Translations under genes and position numbers: made by a program | Notes under the pieces: generated by a model | What the model was told of the DNA's origin: nothing | Seen by the model: the letters and a program-made list of their open reading frames with translations, nothing else | The model's database searches: none | Virus record (IMG/VR): IMGVR_UViG_3300035510_000286 | Coordinates: 72,133-136,132 of that record | Origin: a virus | Lineage: Duplodnaviria > Caudoviricetes | Strand: one strand, 5' to 3' | Length of the DNA stretch: 64,000 nucleotides | Shown here: one piece after another, positions 51,254-61,511 of the stretch | How the letters are laid out: each line of letters begins with the position of its first letter | Position numbering within the stretch: position 1 is the first letter of the stretch

Positions 51254-54200
51254 ATGTATATTGTGAAACGTAGCGGTGAAACCGTTGAGTTTGATAAAAA
51301 TAAGATTATCAATGCTATTAACAAAGCATTTGTAGAAGTTGATGGCACTTTATATGAAGATGAAACAGCACAAGAAATCGCTAATGATATTGAGAAAGAA
51401 ATCAACAAGTCTCCTGCTAATGTAACTGTTGAAATGATTCAAGACTGGGTCGAAGATGAATTAATGCAGTCTGAACGCAGAGACGTAGCTAGAGCTTATA
51501 TTAGATTTAGATATAAGAAGGAAGTAGCTAGGGATGTAAAAGCGGATTTCTTTGATGCTATTGGCGAAAAGCTTTCTGCTTCTAATATCCAAAACCAAAA
51601 TGCGAACGTAGATGAAGCTTCTTTCGGAGGCCGTATCGGTGAAGCTTCTAGCGTTATGACTAAACAATATGCTTTAGATTATATTGTATCTAATATGGCA
51701 AAGCAGAATCATTTGAACAATGAAATTTATATTCATGATTTAGATAGCTACGCAGTCGGGATGCACAACTGCTGTGCACGAGAGACAAAATTCATCACTA
51801 AAGATTTCGGAGTTCATTCTTTTTCTGACCATGAAGATGGTGATAAAATAGTAGTGTTAAGCCATGATGGTAGCTTTAATAACGCTACAGTTAAAAAATT
51901 TGGAGTTCAAAAGTTGAACAAGGTTACTTTTTCTCTTGCTGGACAAAGATTTGTTACAGAGCGTTTTACAGCAAACCATAGATGGATATTAGAAAATGGG
52001 GCAGAAACAACTCATTTAAAAATAGGAGATAAACTTTATAAGGCGCCGATTAGTATTAGAAGGTTTGACTGGGATATGGCGACAGAAAAAGAACAATATT
52101 ATTGGTGTTTAGGATTTGTCCTTGGTGATGGTACAGAGGCTTGTAGATGGTCGCACGGAAAGAAGAATGAAGATATTAAATTCGTTCGTATGAGACTTTG
52201 TGGCGAAAAAATTAAATACGAACAAAGGTTTATAGGGTTGAAACATTCTACGAAGGAAATGCCTAACGGCGACCTATATCTAACATTCAGTAGCACGATT
52301 GGATTTAGGAAAATCTTCCCCGACCTTAATCTTATGACAAGAAACGAAAAACTAGCTTTATTTGATGGATTATATTGTGCAGATGGACAGCATACAGGGA
52401 GCAGTAAAACGATTACTACTACAAATGAACAAATAGCTAGCTTTATAGAAGATGAAGCCCCTGCGCTGGGGTATTTTATTCTTGGAATTAAAGACAAATC
52501 TGGAGAAAAGACAAATTATACCACAAGAGGTTTCACTAAACAATATACCTTTATTGGAGATACAAATAAATACTATTGGACGGTTGTAAATATTGAAGAA
52601 GATAAGGAAGAAGAGGTATGGTGTTTGCAAGTTGAAAATACTCATAGCTTCGTTCTCCCAAATGGCATTACTACTGGAAACTGCTTAAGTGTACCTTTTG
52701 ATGATTTACTGGCTAATGGCTTTGATACTAGACAGACTGATGTGCGGCCGGCCAATAGCGTTAATACAGCTTTTCAGCTTGTCGCGGTGATTTTCCAGCT
52801 TCAGAGCTTACAAGAATTTGGTGGAGTTAGCGCTACACATCTTGATTGGACGATGGTACCATACGTCCGTAAAAGTTTTTATAAACATTATATAGATGGA
52901 TTAAAATACATTGATAGCTTTGAGGCCGAACTCAAATTGGCTATTTCTAGTGATGAAGCTAAAGATATTAGTATCGAAGATACTAAGATTTATAAGCATA
53001 AAATGTCTTATAATTATGCTATGGATATGACAGTTAAAGAAGTTCATCAGGCAGTAGAAGGAATGTTCCATAACCTTAATACTTTGCAGAGTAGAAGCGG
53101 GAATCAACTCCCCTTTACTTCTATCAATTTTGGTACTTGTACTCTTCCTGAAGGCCGTATGATTATTAAATCTCTATTAGAAACCTCTATTGAAGGAGTA
53201 GGTAAACTACATAAAACACCTATCTTCCCTTGTTCTATCTTTCAGTGTATGAAAGGTGTCAATAGAGAACCTGGAGATCCTAATTATGATTTGTTCCAAC
53301 TGGCATTGAAGTCTACTTCTCAAAGGCTTTATCCTAATTATGCAAATGTCGATTGGAGCGGCAATGAAGGGTATGACCGAGATGACCCGCGGACTTATTT
53401 CTCGACCATGGGTAAGCGTAAACTACAGCTCATGTAAAATCTTTTGAACCTCGCTCGAGGGTGTCTACTTATAAAGTAGGCTAACGGTTAGGACCTATGA
53501 ATGTTAAATAGGCTGAGACCGTGGGAAGTTTAATATATTTGATTTAAATTTGGCTCTTTTATATAATATAGCTATATTAAAGTAAAGGAGTAAATAAATA
53601 TGTTTATCTATAAAATTACTAATAAATTAAATGGCAAAGTATATATTGGTTAGACAATAGGCAGCATAGAGGCTAGATGGCATCGTCATCAATAGGATGC
53701 TTTAAATGGTAGATTAGATACTCATTTTGCCAGAGCCATTAGAAAGTATGGGCCTGAAAATTTTGATGTTGAAGAATGGGATAATAAAAATACCTAGGAA
53801 GAATTGACATTAGCAGAGCAATATTGGATTAAGTATTTTAATAGTGTAAAAGAAGGATATAATGAGACTGATGCAACATCAAAATGTGGTGGCAATACTT
53901 ATAAGAGTAAGACCGAAGAAGAACTAAGGCAAATCGGGGAAAAAATTAGAGAAACGAAATTAGGGGGTAAAAATCCTAATTCAACTGCCGTTAAATGCAA
54001 AAATATAAAGACGGAAGAAGAGTATTATTTTAATTCTCAAGCCGAAATGCAAAAATTCTTTAATGAGACTAATCATCTTTTTATATCTAGGCGTTGTCTT
54101 GGAGAAATCCAAAAACCTTATAAAGACGAATGGCTAATTGCCTATGCTGATAAAGAATACGGAGAAGTTCAAAGGCAAGACCGTGAAAGAAAAGTGTCTA

Positions 54201-55519
54201 AAAAACCAAAAAATATACGAGTAATAAAACTTTCTACTCAAGAAAGTAAAGATTTTTCTTCTTACGCCGAAGCAGAAAGATACTTTAATATAAAACCTCG
54301 CAGTTTTAGCTCAAAAGCGTATAAAAGAGGAAATGAATTTACTTATAAAGATGAATATAAAATTATTAAAATATATTAAAAACCTGTATCGACTATCCCT
54401 GATGAATGTATGGGAGTAGGGCTGGAGATAAGCACCAGCGATGTTTTAGGAAACGAAGCATCTGAAAACCGAAGCGGAAGACTACTTAGTCACAAGTAGA
54501 AGATATAGTCAGTACTAATGGTAACATTAGATAAAATGTGTAGAACAGCTAACGGCTACGACATCAATGGGTTCGGCCAGCTAAAAGATGGCCGTGGTAA
54601 TATTTGCCCCGTAACTATTATTATGCCCACTTTAGCTATGGAAGCAAAAGAAGAATATGATGGAACCACTGAGGACGCTCCAGATAAGATAAGCTTATTT
54701 ATGAATCTTCTTGATGAAAAAATCCATGAAGCTAAAGATATGCTCATTGAGCGATTTGAATATATTTGCTCTCAATCTCCAGCCAGCGCCAAGTTTATGT
54801 ATAGAAATCATGTTATGGCAGGGTATAATCCAGAAGAAGGCATTAGAAGCGCGTTAAAACATGGGACTCTGGCTATTGGCCAAATTGGATTAGCTGAAAC
54901 ACTTCAAATTTTAATCGGTTGTGACCAAACAACAGATAAAGGAATGGAATTAGCCAAACGGATTGAACAATTATTTAAAGATAGGTGCGCGGAATTTAAG
55001 AAAAATTATAAACTTAATTTTGGTGTATATTTTACTCCGGCAGAAAATTTAGCTTATACTTCTATGAAAAAGTTCCAGGAAAAATATGGTAAAATTCCTA
55101 ATGTAAGTGAAAATGATTATTTCACAAATTCTATTCATACGCCGGTATGGAAACAAGTTTCTGTATTTGAAAAAATTGATATTGAATCTCAGCTTACTGG
55201 ATATTCTTCGGCTGGATGTATTACTTATGTAGAATTAGATTCTAGTGCAAAGCATAACCCAGAAGCTTTAGAGATTATTGTAAATTATGCAATGGATCAC
55301 GATATACCTTATTTCGCGATCAATGTCCCCAATGATACTTGCTTAGATTGCGGATACACCGATGAAATGGATGATTCTTGTCCTATGTGCGGCGGCCAGA
55401 ATATTCAGCGCCTACGTAGAGTTACTGGATATTTAACAGGTGATTATAAGAGTGCTTTTAACCTCGGCAAGCAGCAGGAAACTGAAATGAGAACTAAACA
55501 CGTAGGAGTGAGAGAATGA
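51254..55519 (+). CDS. nrdD: anaerobic ribonucleoside-triphosphate reductase; exons 51254-53413 and 54539-55519; contains an intein
   Basis: ATP cone, YIHDLD, spliced STMG-CRT, CxxC..CxxC, RRVTGYL glycyl-radical loop. Confidence 0.93.
51770..52681 (+). mobile_element. 304-aa intein with LAGLIDADG-type endonuclease domain
   Basis: MHN|CCARET...TANHRW...HSFVLPNGITTGN|CLSVPF; LGFVLGDG and FDGLYCADG motifs. Confidence 0.88.
53414..54538 (+). mobile_element. group I intron (in nrdD) with GIY-YIG homing endonuclease gene
   Basis: P1 catgggt/gctcatg; gtatcgacta...agatatagtc; terminal G. Confidence 0.88.
53600..54379 (+). CDS. intron-encoded GIY-YIG homing endonuclease (3 TAG read as Gln)
   Basis: MFIYKITNKLNGKVYIG(Q)T, in frame with 53804..54379. 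Confidence 0.85.
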
Positions 55520-56007
55520 GATATGCAGGGATTATACGAAATGACATAGCCTCAGCCCCAGGTATATGTTTAACTTATTTCGCTCAAGGATGTAAATCTA
55601 AGTGTAAAGGATGCCACAATCCAGAAACTTGGTACTTCAACGAAGGTAAGGAATTTACTCAAGAGACACTTAATTCTATTATCTCTGGGCTTACTGCTAA
55701 TGGTGTATCTCGTTCATTAGCAATTCAAGGCGGGGAACCGCTTTGTGAAGAAAATCAATTCCTTACAAACCTCATTATAACAGAAGTAAGAAAAGTGTAT
55801 CCAGATATAAAAATATATTTATGGACTGGATATTTATATGAAGATTTATTAAATAATTTAACCACGCATCTAAGACATATCTTATCTAATATAGATTATC
55901 TAATAGATGGACCTTATATTGAAGAACAACGAGATCTTACTCTTTGGATGCGTGGTTCTCGTAATCAAAAAATTTACGACTTAAAACATCAGGAGAAGAA
56001 AGAATGA
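55516..56007 (+). CDS. nrdG: anaerobic RNR activating enzyme
   Basis: GCKSKCKGCHN, GGEP, DGPY..RGSRNQ. Confidence 0.9.
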   Translation: MRYAGIIRNDIASAPGICLTYFAQGCKSKCKGCHNPETWYFNEGKEFTQETLNSIISGLTANGVSRSLAIQGGEPLCEENQFLTNLIITEVRKVYPDIKIYLWTGYLYEDLLNNLTTHLRHILSNIDYLIDGPYIEEQRDLTLWMRGSRNQKIYDLKHQEKKE

Positions 56008-56351
56008 CATTATACGAATTTAATCAAGCTGGATATAGTAAAATGCCTAATTACACAGAAGAAGATATCCATAAAGCTATTTTGCGGGTTTCCAAGTTCT
56101 TATCCTCCCATGATTCTAAGTATTATATGTTTTTAAACCATGATGAAAGATATTTTACTCTCTTTACATATAAAGAGGAATATCATCGCTATAGAAAGAT
56201 GGCGGAAGAGATTCTCGCACTCGCGCAGGAACTAGGTCCTATCAAAGAAATCTCCGTAGAAGATGATAGGATTGAATTCTGGGTGGGAGAAGGCGATGAT
56301 TGTAAAATGTATTTATTCTTTGATTACTTCCAAGGAGTGATTGAGATTTGA
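56004..56351 (+). CDS. hypothetical protein
   Basis: ORF track. Confidence 0.7.
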   Translation: MTLYEFNQAGYSKMPNYTEEDIHKAILRVSKFLSSHDSKYYMFLNHDERYFTLFTYKEEYHRYRKMAEEILALAQELGPIKEISVEDDRIEFWVGEGDDCKMYLFFDYFQGVIEI

Positions 56352-56584
56352 AAGAAGCTATTATTTTTTATGAAGAATTTACTTGGGTTTCGCAAATAAG
56401 AATATTTGAAAATAACGAAATAATCGCAAAAGAATTTATTAGATGTGAGCCAGAAGAAGTTGTAAAATATTGCTATGAGAATGGCATTACTAGACTAACT
56501 GTTCATGCACCAGATTATATTAAAAATTCTCTGGTTACATCTATTGCAAACGCAGATTATAATAAAGAAATTGAGGTAAAATAA
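56348..56584 (+). CDS. hypothetical protein
   Basis: ORF track. Confidence 0.6.
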   Translation: MKEAIIFYEEFTWVSQIRIFENNEIIAKEFIRCEPEEVVKYCYENGITRLTVHAPDYIKNSLVTSIANADYNKEIEVK

Positions 56585-56832
56585 TGAAATACTTGATTGA
56601 AGTTACTGAAATCTATAGAGTTGATAGTGAGAATGAAGTTGAGAATCTAATTAATGAAGCAAAACAGAGTAATATGTACACCCTTTCTAAGTATAATTGT
56701 GTTAGTAGAGAACAGAAAGCAAAAGGCGAAGTAATTGATTCTTGGTATAAGGTTTCTCTTACTAAGAAGTTTACTGAGGAAAAAGATCCTAGCACGCAGG
56801 TTGATATTGAGTATAACGGGGAGGATTATTAA
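56584..56832 (+). CDS. hypothetical protein
   Basis: ORF track. Confidence 0.7.
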   Translation: MKYLIEVTEIYRVDSENEVENLINEAKQSNMYTLSKYNCVSREQKAKGEVIDSWYKVSLTKKFTEEKDPSTQVDIEYNGEDY

Positions 56833-57368
56833 TGGTTTTTCAGAAGGTTTCAAGATTTACTGAGGTAGATATGCCGCGCCGGTCAACTGCGGAATCCGCG
56901 GGCTATGATTTCTTCGCAGCAGAGGATACTATTATTCCTTCTTTTGTTTCTCAATTTGATACTTTAAGAAAATATACGCATGACCAAGGAAAGCCTTATG
57001 AGCCTCTTACTCTTGATGAAATCGCAGAATTTACTAAAAATTCTGACACTCGTTTTACTCTTGTTTCTACTGGAGTGAAATGTCAAATGCCTAGTAATGT
57101 GCATCTCAGGCTGTTTTCCCGCAGTTCAGTGCCTTTGAAGAATTGGCTAGTGCTTGCAAACGGAGTCGGGATCGTGGATGCAGACTACTTCGGTAATAAC
57201 GATAATGAGGGCGAAGTGTTCTTTCAATTCATAAACCTCGGTCCTAATCCTGTTCTCATCAAGAAAGGCGATAAAATCGGACAAGGTATCTTTGAAAAAT
57301 ATCTAGTTACAGAAACAGATGAAGCAACAGAAAAGAGAACTGGAGGATTCGGCTCTAGTGGGAAGTAA
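56832..57368 (+). CDS. dut: trimeric dUTPase
   Basis: SAGYD, RSS, GIVDADY, IGQG, RTGGFGSSG. Confidence 0.92.
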   Translation: MVFQKVSRFTEVDMPRRSTAESAGYDFFAAEDTIIPSFVSQFDTLRKYTHDQGKPYEPLTLDEIAEFTKNSDTRFTLVSTGVKCQMPSNVHLRLFSRSSVPLKNWLVLANGVGIVDADYFGNNDNEGEVFFQFINLGPNPVLIKKGDKIGQGIFEKYLVTETDEATEKRTGGFGSSGK

Positions 57369-57852
57369 TTTATTATTAGCTTTAGATCAAAGCACTAAGA
57401 TAACTGGATACGCAGTATTTAATGGTTAGGAACTAATCGCCCATGGTCACGTAACTTTTAGTGGAAGCGATTATATAAATAGAATTGTTTAGTTGCGGCA
57501 GTGGCTTAATGGCATTATCGACTCTGTAGATGGAAGCATCTAGGTAGCTTTAGAAGATATTTAGCTTTAGGATGCTAAAGGGACTGGAGTTACTGGGCTT
57601 CCTACTTATAAAAAACTTGCGCACGTACAAGGGGCTTTAATGACTTTACTAGAAGAAAAAGGAATTTCTTATTAGTTAGTTTTAGCTTCCTCATGGAAAA
57701 GTACGTGTGGAGTTAAGGGTAAAAGACGAGAAGAATAGAAGAAAAATGCTTAGTTGTATGTTAAAAATATATATGGCTTTGACCCTACTTCTGATGAAGC
57801 TGATGCGATTTGTTTAGGACTTCATGTATTAAAGCACGATTGGTCAGAATAA
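57358..57852 (+). CDS. RuvC-like Holliday junction resolvase (8 TAG read as Gln; absent from the ORF track)
   Basis: LALDQSTKITGYA, ALEDI, WKS..G, DEADAICLG. Confidence 0.85.
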
Positions 57853-57912
57853 ATTAATCTAATCCCTACTTTTTTCATAAATAATGAAACCACGCTAAAA
57901 GAAGGGAAAAGA

Positions 57913-58371
57913 ATGTTAGAATTTATAGTCAAGTATTGGCTTTAGTTTCTTTTTGGCATAGTTGCGGCGGGCGCTACAACAGCCGCTAGATTTTTTTATA
58001 AAATGTACAAAGAAGAAAAAGCTAGATAGACTGCCGACGGAAGGGCGGCCATTTCTAAGGAAATAACAGAAGCTATTAGTACAGCAGTTCACGAGGTACG
58101 TTTTAACTCTAATAGTGAAGATGAAAAACTTTAGGGAGAAATTAATAGCATTAAGGCATAGTTAAGTATACTAAGACACGCTATTTTAGTTTTATACAAA
58201 AAGCCTTTTAAAGAAGCGTGCGAAAACGCCTTGAAAAAAGACCATGAAATTACTTTAATGGAATATTAGGAACTAGCACACGAGCATGACGTTTACAAGT
58301 CCTTGGATGGAAATTCTGACGGAGATACTTTGTACCATCTAGTCGAGCAAAAATATCAGAACAGTCTATAA
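57913..58371 (+). CDS. TM + coiled-coil membrane protein, holin-like family (several TAG read as Gln)
   Basis: MLEFIVKYWLQFLFG...YKSLDGN. Confidence 0.65.
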
Positions 58372-58374
58372 AAG

Positions 58375-58404
58375 AAAAAAGGGGAGCTTTATGCTCCCCT
58401 TTAA
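58375..58404. terminator. bidirectional terminator where the two transcription directions converge
   Basis: aaaaaaggggagc-tttat-gctcccctttaaa. Confidence 0.8.
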
Positions 58405-58407
58405 ATT

Positions 58408-58590
58408 TTACATCGTGGTATCTTTCTCTTCTAATTCTTTTACCTTGTGATGATAATAACATACCTCTTCTAAATCTTTTATCATATCAATAACTTCGCC
58501 TAATTCCTCGGCGGATACTTGCTCTGGATGCCCCATTTGTTCCATAATTTGGTCAATAAGACATTCTTTAATCATTTTAATTCTGTGCAT
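58408..58590 (-). CDS. hypothetical protein of the five-gene cassette
   Basis: ELGEVIDMIKDL..CYY. Confidence 0.7.
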   Translation of the reverse strand: MHRIKMIKECLIDQIMEQMGHPEQVSAEELGEVIDMIKDLEEVCYYHHKVKELEEKDTTM

Positions 58591-58591
58591 A

Positions 58592-59014
58592 TCATGCCAC
58601 TCTTTCTACTATTAAATTAGCATTTTGAATTGAAATCGTCTATGCGGTTGTATTGCGGATAGTTACCTAAGAGCAACAACCTTTAGGGACATCAATGAAA
58701 ATACTTGCGGAAATGTTGTTATATAGATTCACTGCACCAGGAGTAGAAATCATAGTTGACGAAGCTACAGGTTCACCGTCTATAGCTATCGCCAACGAAA
58801 TAGGGCCAGCAGTACCAGTGGTAGGAACCGCTACATTCCCACCAAAAAGCACTCTATATCTAGCTCTACTTTGGCCATTAGTTAAACCACGCAAATTAAC
58901 TAGGCCACTTCCACTTCTGTGCATTATTGAACAATTACCTTCAATCGCAGTATTAAGGAATAATACATCTTGGTTAGCTGCCACGCTCTGAGCTGCTACA
59001 CTTGTCAGTTCCAT
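58592..59014 (-). CDS. beta-sandwich (BclA C-terminal-like) protein of the cassette (two TAG read as Gln)
   Basis: HRSGSGLVNLRG, YRVLFGGNV, IDGE; ends NANLIVERVA under code 15. Confidence 0.75.
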
Positions 59015-59029
59015 TGTATTACCTCCTTA

Positions 59030-59770
59030 TTAAGCGCAACCACAACTGCATCCGTTAGAGCCGAAGGGCACTGCATTACCGAGAGGAAAAGCAGAATAGG
59101 GAGAAGCAGTTAAGTATGCGGGCTGAGGTGTGGGCCGCAGCTAATCAACGAGATATGCGTTCTGCGAGCACTGAGATAACTGGAAACGTGCGCTCTGCAG
59201 TTCTGAATCCTTCTCGGCCATGCGGTCCCGCAGATTCTGCATATTAGTTTCCTGGATAAGCGCGCGAGTCCGTTCACCTTCACCATGAATCGCGTTTGTA
59301 ATATCACAGGTATTACGATATGCTTCTGCTTTAACGCTATCGATACTACGCTGTGTGGTGCAGCAGCAATCCTGCATTGCATAGCGAGTATCAGCGATAT
59401 TAGCATTAACTCCATCAAAGCCCTAAGCAACAGAACTAAATCCAGTACACAAATCACGCTGAACATTACCAAAGCTATTAAGTAAAGTTGTATTCTGAGA
59501 ATAGAAACCATCGCATAAACCTTGCTGGATACCACGGACGCCATTCTCAACCTGCTGGAAATTCATATCTTGGGCTAACTCACCACGAGTTAAAGCGCCT
59601 TGACTAGAGGCATTGTTATTACCCCAGCCACTGTTGCCATTGCCCCAGCCCATAAAGATGAACAGGAATAAGATGATAATTAACCAAGCACCATCGCCAT
59701 TTCCCCAGCTACCATTGTTTCTACCAGAAGCAGCAGCAATATCAGACAGACTATAATCGTTATTAAACAT
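59030..59770 (-). CDS. Gly/Asn-rich protein with QDCCC motif, often annotated spore-coat-associated (two TAG read as Gln)
   Basis: YSLSDIAAA, WLIIILFLFIFMGWG, MQDCCCTTQ, LRPTPQPAY..GCSCGCA in a single frame. Confidence 0.8.
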
Positions 59771-59797
59771 TTTTAAATCTCCTTTAATATTTTAATA

Positions 59798-60028
59798 TTA
59801 AAGGCCAAATTGCTGTTTAAAAGCAGCAAACTCCTAATCAAAATTTCCGCCTTTTGATGCTACCATATTTCGAGCAATTTGTTCTATAGAAGCAGAATCT
59901 CCCTACTTGGCCAGAGAAAGTAGATTCTACATAATAGGATTCCCTTGGGAATATTGCTCTAACATACTAAAAACCATCTATTGCGGATTACCATTCCTTA
60001 GAATATTTGCAATTTGGAAAGGATTCAT
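59798..60028 (-). CDS. Gln/Asn-rich small protein of the cassette (TAG read as Gln)
   Basis: MNPFQIANILRNGNPQQMV...; RBS ggagg. Confidence 0.7.
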
Positions 60029-60041
60029 TACGTTACCTCCT

Positions 60042-60446
60042 TTAGAATTTTATTTGCGGGGACTCCTGTTTAGGAGTTCCCTTTTTCTCGTTTAGAGAAG
60101 CTTTTATCTCAGCAAGAGCAGAATCAAATTCATCCTTAGTAACATATTGTGCCGTAGCTTCGATGGGCATTGCCTTTAACTCATAGATATTTAGCGTAGA
60201 AGTTCCATCTAAATTAATTTGTTTTGTATATATCTTCTTATTTGCTAAATCAGGGAAAAAGAAAATTGAACCATCAAAATCTATTGAAGTTGCTCTCACT
60301 TCATCAATAGAAGAAACAGGGCGTCCTTTAATTCCAACTTGCGGGATCTAGGTCTATTCTCCGTAAGGCTATGGCCGATAATACTGCGGTTGCGGTTGCT
60401 ATTGTGCGCCATATACCTAGCTTGAATAGTATGGATAAGTTGCCAA
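60042..60446 (-). CDS. protein with Gln/Pro/Tyr-rich N-terminus, first gene of the cassette (5 TAG read as Gln)
   Basis: TTG start; GRPVSSIDEVRA..FDGS..FPD..KIYTKQ. Confidence 0.75.
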
Positions 60447-60611
60447 AAGTTATTCACTCCTTTTACATTAGTTTCTTTGGCCTTCACTAATATATAAAAA
60501 TTTGGGAAATTCACTTAATCAAATTTGTCAGAATTTTTGTAAAAAAGATTCCCAGTTCTCGGGCAAAAAAAATAAGGGGCAAGAACTATTACGTTCTTGC
60601 CCCTAAAGGTA

Positions 60612-60815
60612 TTACTTAAATAAGTCGGCTAAAGTCTTATCCTTAGCACGAATATATTTTCTTTGAATCGCGTTCCACTCGTCCATCTCTTTAGAGTAAT
60701 TAGTCCAGCCTTGCTCGACTGCATACATCTTAGAAGCGACACTAACATCAACGCTGCGCTCTTCTGCGACTGCCTTGATAGCCATACGATTTTCATAGAA
60801 TCTATTATCCATCAT
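60612..60815 (-). CDS. hypothetical protein
   Basis: ORF track; RBS and downstream terminator. Confidence 0.7.
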   Translation of the reverse strand: MMDNRFYENRMAIKAVAEERSVDVSVASKMYAVEQGWTNYSKEMDEWNAIQRKYIRAKDKTLADLFK

Positions 60816-60887
60816 ACAACTTCCTTTCCTTAAATTGAAAGTAACCTTTCAAATATATTAAAAAATTAGTTATATGACTTAAATAGT

Positions 60888-61511
60888 TTAGTCCTCGTAG
60901 CTTAATTCTATCTCGAGAATTTCTGCTATAGACTGTGTAGAATAAATCTTAGTTTTAAGCTGCTGCATCTTATGATAGTAAGGATATACAAAACTAGAGA
61001 TTGCTGCGCTTAAACGAGATAATTCTTCATAAGACCAGGTTGTATTCTCTTCGTGGATAGCGTGCCACTCAAGGATAGGCGTTTCCGCGCCCGCATCAAC
61101 CATAGCCTTATACTGTGATAAATTCAAGCTGATTTCAGATTGGTCATTAGCTGTAACCCCATAGCTTTTACCATCCGAGAAAACTAGTGCCTATGAATCT
61201 AGGAATTCCGCGAATTTCTCTCTATTTTCCTTTTGTTTCTCAGCTTGAATATCTCCAATGCTTTTACGTAAAATACATTCTCCATTGTCATACGCATAAA
61301 CATTAGGAATAAAATCTCCAATAGGCTCGTTTATTTCGTAGACAGAAACCGAGTCCAAAGAATAAAAAGTATCACAATCTGAACCAATAACGCCTGTTGC
61401 TTCTTCTTTCGCACAACTAATTAAAAGTGCGGGTTCAGTCTGCCATTTAACCCATCTAGGTTCAGAAATCATATCTACGATTAAATTATTTTTATTTACA
61501 TATATAAACAT
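60888..61511 (-). CDS. tail-fibre-associated protein, DUF4376-like (TAG at 61191-61193 read as Gln)
   Basis: Two ORF-track fragments in frame; LEWHA...FVYPY..QQ..K..I. Confidence 0.65.
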
